Both the position numbers and the translations under genes were made by a program. Below are positions 6,552-9,118 of a DNA stretch of 9,118 bases, in pieces; the stretch's first letter is position 1; every line of letters begins with the position of its first letter. The notes below the pieces were generated by a model that did no database searches, was not told where the DNA came from, and saw only the letters and a program-made list of their open reading frames with translations. The stretch is from a virus (Duplodnaviria > Heunggongvirae > Uroviricota > Caudoviricetes), in IMG/VR virus record IMGVR_UViG_3300012155_000040; one strand, given 5' to 3'.

Positions 6552-6559
6552 GCCTCCTC

Positions 6560-6877
6560 CTACAAAGGAATAAAACGATAAGGCTCCAGCAGAGAAGAAA
6601 AACCAAACGGGACTGGTGCCTTGCTGACATCTGAGGAATTTTCCCGGTTTTCGTACCAGTGTCCGACCAGCAACATGAGCGCCAGCAAAACATCATCAGC
6701 TATAAGCACCCCTTCAGGATCACCTTCCGGCACCGTCTCCTCATAAAGCTTACGGTTGATAAAATTTTCTGCCTTGCGGCAGGCCGCCCGGAAATACAGC
6801 ATCAGTAACTCATCATCAGTTGCATCATCTGTATCAATACGGCACTGCGCCCTGAGTTTTTCCACTATTGCTGCCAT
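6560..6877 (-). CDS. Head-tail connector protein (gp6-like adaptor)
   Basis: 105-aa acidic protein directly downstream of the major capsid gene, with CAGGAG 8 nt before the ATG. Size and position match gp6-like adaptor proteins. Family call is by synteny and composition. Confidence 0.65.
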   Translation of the reverse strand: MAAIVEKLRAQCRIDTDDATDDELLMLYFRAACRKAENFINRKLYEETVPEGDPEGVLIADDVLLALMLLVGHWYENRENSSDVSKAPVPFGFSSLLEPYRFIPL

Positions 6878-6889
6878 CTAAAACTCCTG

Positions 6890-6933
6890 CCCGCAACACT
6901 GTGCGGGCATAAAAAAACCGCATTACGCCGCGG
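6890..6933 (-). terminator. Terminator-like / attenuator structures after the major capsid gene
   Basis: On the minus transcript: a short hairpin CCGC-(8 nt)-GCGG (plus 6918-6933, overlapping the capsid stop codon) followed by U7 (plus A-run 6911-6917), then a second 6-bp hairpin CCCGCA-CAGUGU-UGCGGG (plus 6890-6907) immediately before the connector SD CAGGAG (plus 6884-6889). Confidence 0.35.
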
Positions 6934-8149
6934 CTTTCTGGCGGACCGCAGCGCCGATCTTCATCAGCTTAATCGCCTGAGAATCCACCAGCATACCGCC
7001 GGTTCGTTTGGTGGTATAAAAGCCCACAAACGGTTTGTTGGTGTACGGATCGCGCAGGATACGGGTGCCGATACGATCAACGATGGTATAGCCGCGTTTG
7101 AAGTTACCAAACGCAATGGCTTTTGCATCGGCGGCAATATCCGGCATCTGCTCATTTTCAACGATGCCATACCCTGCCAGAGAAGAAGGCTGACCCAGCT
7201 CAATGCCCGGACGCCACAGATAATTTCCGTCGTTATCCTTCAGCAGACGAATGGCAAACAGGCTGCTGTTGTTCATCATAAACTTCGCGCCGCTGCGGTG
7301 CGCCTTGCGCAGGGTGTAAATCAGTTTAATGATCGCATCAGCGGTCACGCCAGAAGCCGCACCGGAAGCAATGTGCTGAAGTTTGCCAAACGCACGGGTC
7401 TTGTCATCTTCATCAGTGGACTCATAAGCCAGAAAACCTTTTGGTTTTTTGCTGCCGTCGCCACTGGTAAAGGCAATTTCTTCCTGTTCGGCAAATTCCA
7501 GCGCCAGCTCACTGTTGATCCAGTCTTCCACATTGAAGAAAGCATCATCGAGCATTTTCTGGGTAGCCTGCGGGTTGCCGTAGATTTCCCCCATAAAGGG
7601 TTCAATCAGCCCCAGTTTTGAGGTGGCGGTTTCCGGACGCGTATCCGTTTCCCCCACCCATCCGGACTTAGTGCCGCCCAGATTCACCAGTTTTTTATAA
7701 TCCGAGCCACCGAGGGTGATCACAGTGGCTTCCTGGCGCATCACCACCTCATCTTTCAGCAGCGTCAGGATGGTACGATCCAGTTCTTCCGGAATGGCAT
7801 AACCACCATCTTCATCATTACCTACCTGAAGCGCCTTACGTTCAAGTTCACGCAGACCGTCTTCACGCCCCTTGCGCATAAATCCGATAAACGCTTCTTT
7901 GTGTTCACCGGCAACTTTATTTTGCGTGCCGCCTGCCGGACGCTTGATGTCTGCCAGCTCTTTTTCCAAGTCGCTTTTCAGGTTCTCCAGCTCGCTGATT
8001 TGCCCGTTCAGGCTTTCCACCTGTTCGGCCAGCTTGCTTTTTTCCTGTTCGATCGCGTCAATGCGCTTGTCGTTTTTTGCCTTAAAATCGTCAAACTTCT
8101 GCTGCAAATCCTGCGCGACCTGTTCAACGTCTTTAATATCAACAGCCAT
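6923..8149 (-). CDS. Major capsid protein, HK97 fold, with N-terminal delta (scaffolding) domain
   Basis: 408-aa ORF after the prohead protease gene, with AGGAG SD. The N-terminal ~100 residues are strongly coiled-coil-like (DLQQKFDDFKAKNDKRIDAIEQEKSKLAEQVESLNGQISELENLKSDLEKELADIK), typical of an HK97 delta domain. There is no separate scaffold gene between protease and capsid genes. Confidence 0.9.
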   Translation of the reverse strand: MAVDIKDVEQVAQDLQQKFDDFKAKNDKRIDAIEQEKSKLAEQVESLNGQISELENLKSDLEKELADIKRPAGGTQNKVAGEHKEAFIGFMRKGREDGLRELERKALQVGNDEDGGYAIPEELDRTILTLLKDEVVMRQEATVITLGGSDYKKLVNLGGTKSGWVGETDTRPETATSKLGLIEPFMGEIYGNPQATQKMLDDAFFNVEDWINSELALEFAEQEEIAFTSGDGSKKPKGFLAYESTDEDDKTRAFGKLQHIASGAASGVTADAIIKLIYTLRKAHRSGAKFMMNNSSLFAIRLLKDNDGNYLWRPGIELGQPSSLAGYGIVENEQMPDIAADAKAIAFGNFKRGYTIVDRIGTRILRDPYTNKPFVGFYTTKRTGGMLVDSQAIKLMKIGAAVRQKAAA

Positions 8150-8162
8150 TATTTACTCCTGG

Positions 8163-8813
8163 TTAAAATTTAAGATTTTTCAGTGCATTCAGTGCGGCAT
8201 CCACATCCTCAGCATCACGCAGGGATAAAGCGCCGTATCCCCCGTCCATGAATGCTTTGGCCTGGGTTCGCGAAAGTCCAACATCGCGCAGGACCCGCTC
8301 AATGATTTTCTGCTCAGGGATCTCCCCACGCGCCAGCGCATTTTTCACATCGCTGATGCGAGCCTCATCATTGGAAGGAAACGTCACCAGACTGACCTCC
8401 CACAGGTCGATCTCTTTCAGCAGGAATACCCCTTTTTCACGGTCGTACTCCCAGTCTTTCAGGATATAGCCAACAGAAAGGCCGGTTAAAGAACCGGCCT
8501 TCATATGAGCATGTGCACGTTTTGCCAGGGGATCATCATCAACGAGTAATCGCCCCCTGACATAAAGCCCGACATCATCTTCTTTCATTTCGGTGTACAC
8601 GCCGATGGGCTCATCCATGCGGTGCTGCCAGAGCAACGCAGGCAGCGCCTTTTTTTCGCTCCATTTCTGGAGTGTTGTGGTAAAGGCACCGGGGACCACC
8701 ACATCATCGTGGCTGTCCTTAACACCAAAAACAGAGCCGTAACCTTCAAACTCACCAGAATCACTGACGGATTTCAGGTTCAGCGGTATATCAAGACGCT
8801 GTTTTGTCTGCAT
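8163..8813 (-). CDS. Prohead maturation protease, HK97 family (S78-like)
   Basis: Contains GYGSVFGVKDSHDDVVVPGAF, which resembles the conserved N-terminal core of HK97-family prohead proteases as I recall it. Lies between the portal and capsid genes. Preferred start is ATG 8813 (AAGGAG 7 nt upstream); the track start ATG 8843 has no SD and lies deeper in the portal gene. Confidence 0.85.
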   Translation of the reverse strand: MQTKQRLDIPLNLKSVSDSGEFEGYGSVFGVKDSHDDVVVPGAFTTTLQKWSEKKALPALLWQHRMDEPIGVYTEMKEDDVGLYVRGRLLVDDDPLAKRAHAHMKAGSLTGLSVGYILKDWEYDREKGVFLLKEIDLWEVSLVTFPSNDEARISDVKNALARGEIPEQKIIERVLRDVGLSRTQAKAFMDGGYGALSLRDAEDVDAALNALKNLKF

Positions 8814-9118
8814 CTCCACTCTCCTTTTTCTTACCGTTGTCATCGCCAGCAGAGGGACTGGTGGTCATGTTCATCGGTGTCAGATACACATCACCGCCCG
8901 GTCGGGGATTCATATCCTCCAGATCACGGCAGTCATTAGGGGAATAAATCCCCCAGTTGATCCCCGTGGCATACGCTTCAAAGCGGGATTTCATGTCGCC
9001 ACGCAACAATGCTCCGGCATTAAATTTGGCGTAAAACTTCCCCTGCTTGCTCTCCCTGACCAGCCCTGTATTGATCCGCTGCTCAATACGGGTCAGATAC
9101 GGCACAAGGGAATAGTTA
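8791..9118 (-). CDS. Portal protein, C-terminal part (N-terminus lies beyond the window end)
   Basis: The reading frame is open to the window edge (the track's 9105 start is only the first in-window GTG). The acidic Gly/Lys-rich C-terminal tail and the position immediately upstream of the protease gene fit an HK97-type portal. Assignment is mainly by synteny. Confidence 0.65.
   Translation of the reverse strand, partial: NYSLVPYLTRIEQRINTGLVRESKQGKFYAKFNAGALLRGDMKSRFEAYATGINWGIYSPNDCRDLEDMNPRPGGDVYLTPMNMTTSPSAGDDNGKKKESGDADKTAS

Noticed and set aside
7872-8228. Plus-strand ORFs 7872-8228 and 7901-8173 antisense to the capsid delta-domain and protease junction
   Set aside because: The delta-domain coding region is repetitive and Glu/Lys/Leu-rich, so the antisense strand is naturally free of stops. 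The Ser/Leu/Phe/Cys-rich translations have no protein-like features, and both overlap a confidently assigned gene.
5939-8939. Remaining overlapping ORFs: 5939-6307 (+), 6964-7203 (-), 7298-7621 (+), 7345-7605 (-), 8248-8469 (+), 8622-8939 (+)
   Set aside because: Each lies inside or antisense to the gp10-like, head-closure, capsid, protease or portal genes, and has low-complexity composition with no ribosome-binding site context.
1-9118. Looked for tRNA genes, CRISPR repeats, IS elements or integrase/att sites within the window
   Set aside because: Coding density on the minus strand is near 100% with no spacer-repeat periodicity, no tRNA-like structure in the short intergenic gaps, and no transposase- or integrase-like ORF. 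Nothing in the sequence supports such features.

Overview
The whole window is one minus-strand late morphogenesis operon of a lambdoid/HK97-like siphovirus, most likely a prophage in an enterobacterial genome (hand-estimated GC about 52-58%). Reading in the direction of transcription (high to low coordinates): portal C-terminus, HK97-family prohead protease, HK97-fold major capsid protein with N-terminal delta domain, gp6-like head-tail connector, head-closure protein, HK97 gp10-like protein, tail terminator/completion protein, major tail protein with C-terminal Ig-like domain, tail assembly chaperones G and G-T joined by a -1 slippery site (A AAA AAG), an AT-rich single-gene moron, lambda gpH-like tape measure protein (1077 aa), and the start of a lambda gpM-like minor tail protein. 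The most interesting element is the moron at 3574-3915: a roughly 113-aa protein with two predicted transmembrane helices and a CxxC-x10-CxxC zinc ribbon, with its own Shine-Dalgarno and a strong intrinsic terminator, sitting where phage HK97 carries its gp15 superinfection-exclusion moron. All plus-strand ORFs in the track are judged antisense artefacts. Family assignments are from recalled motifs, not from searches.
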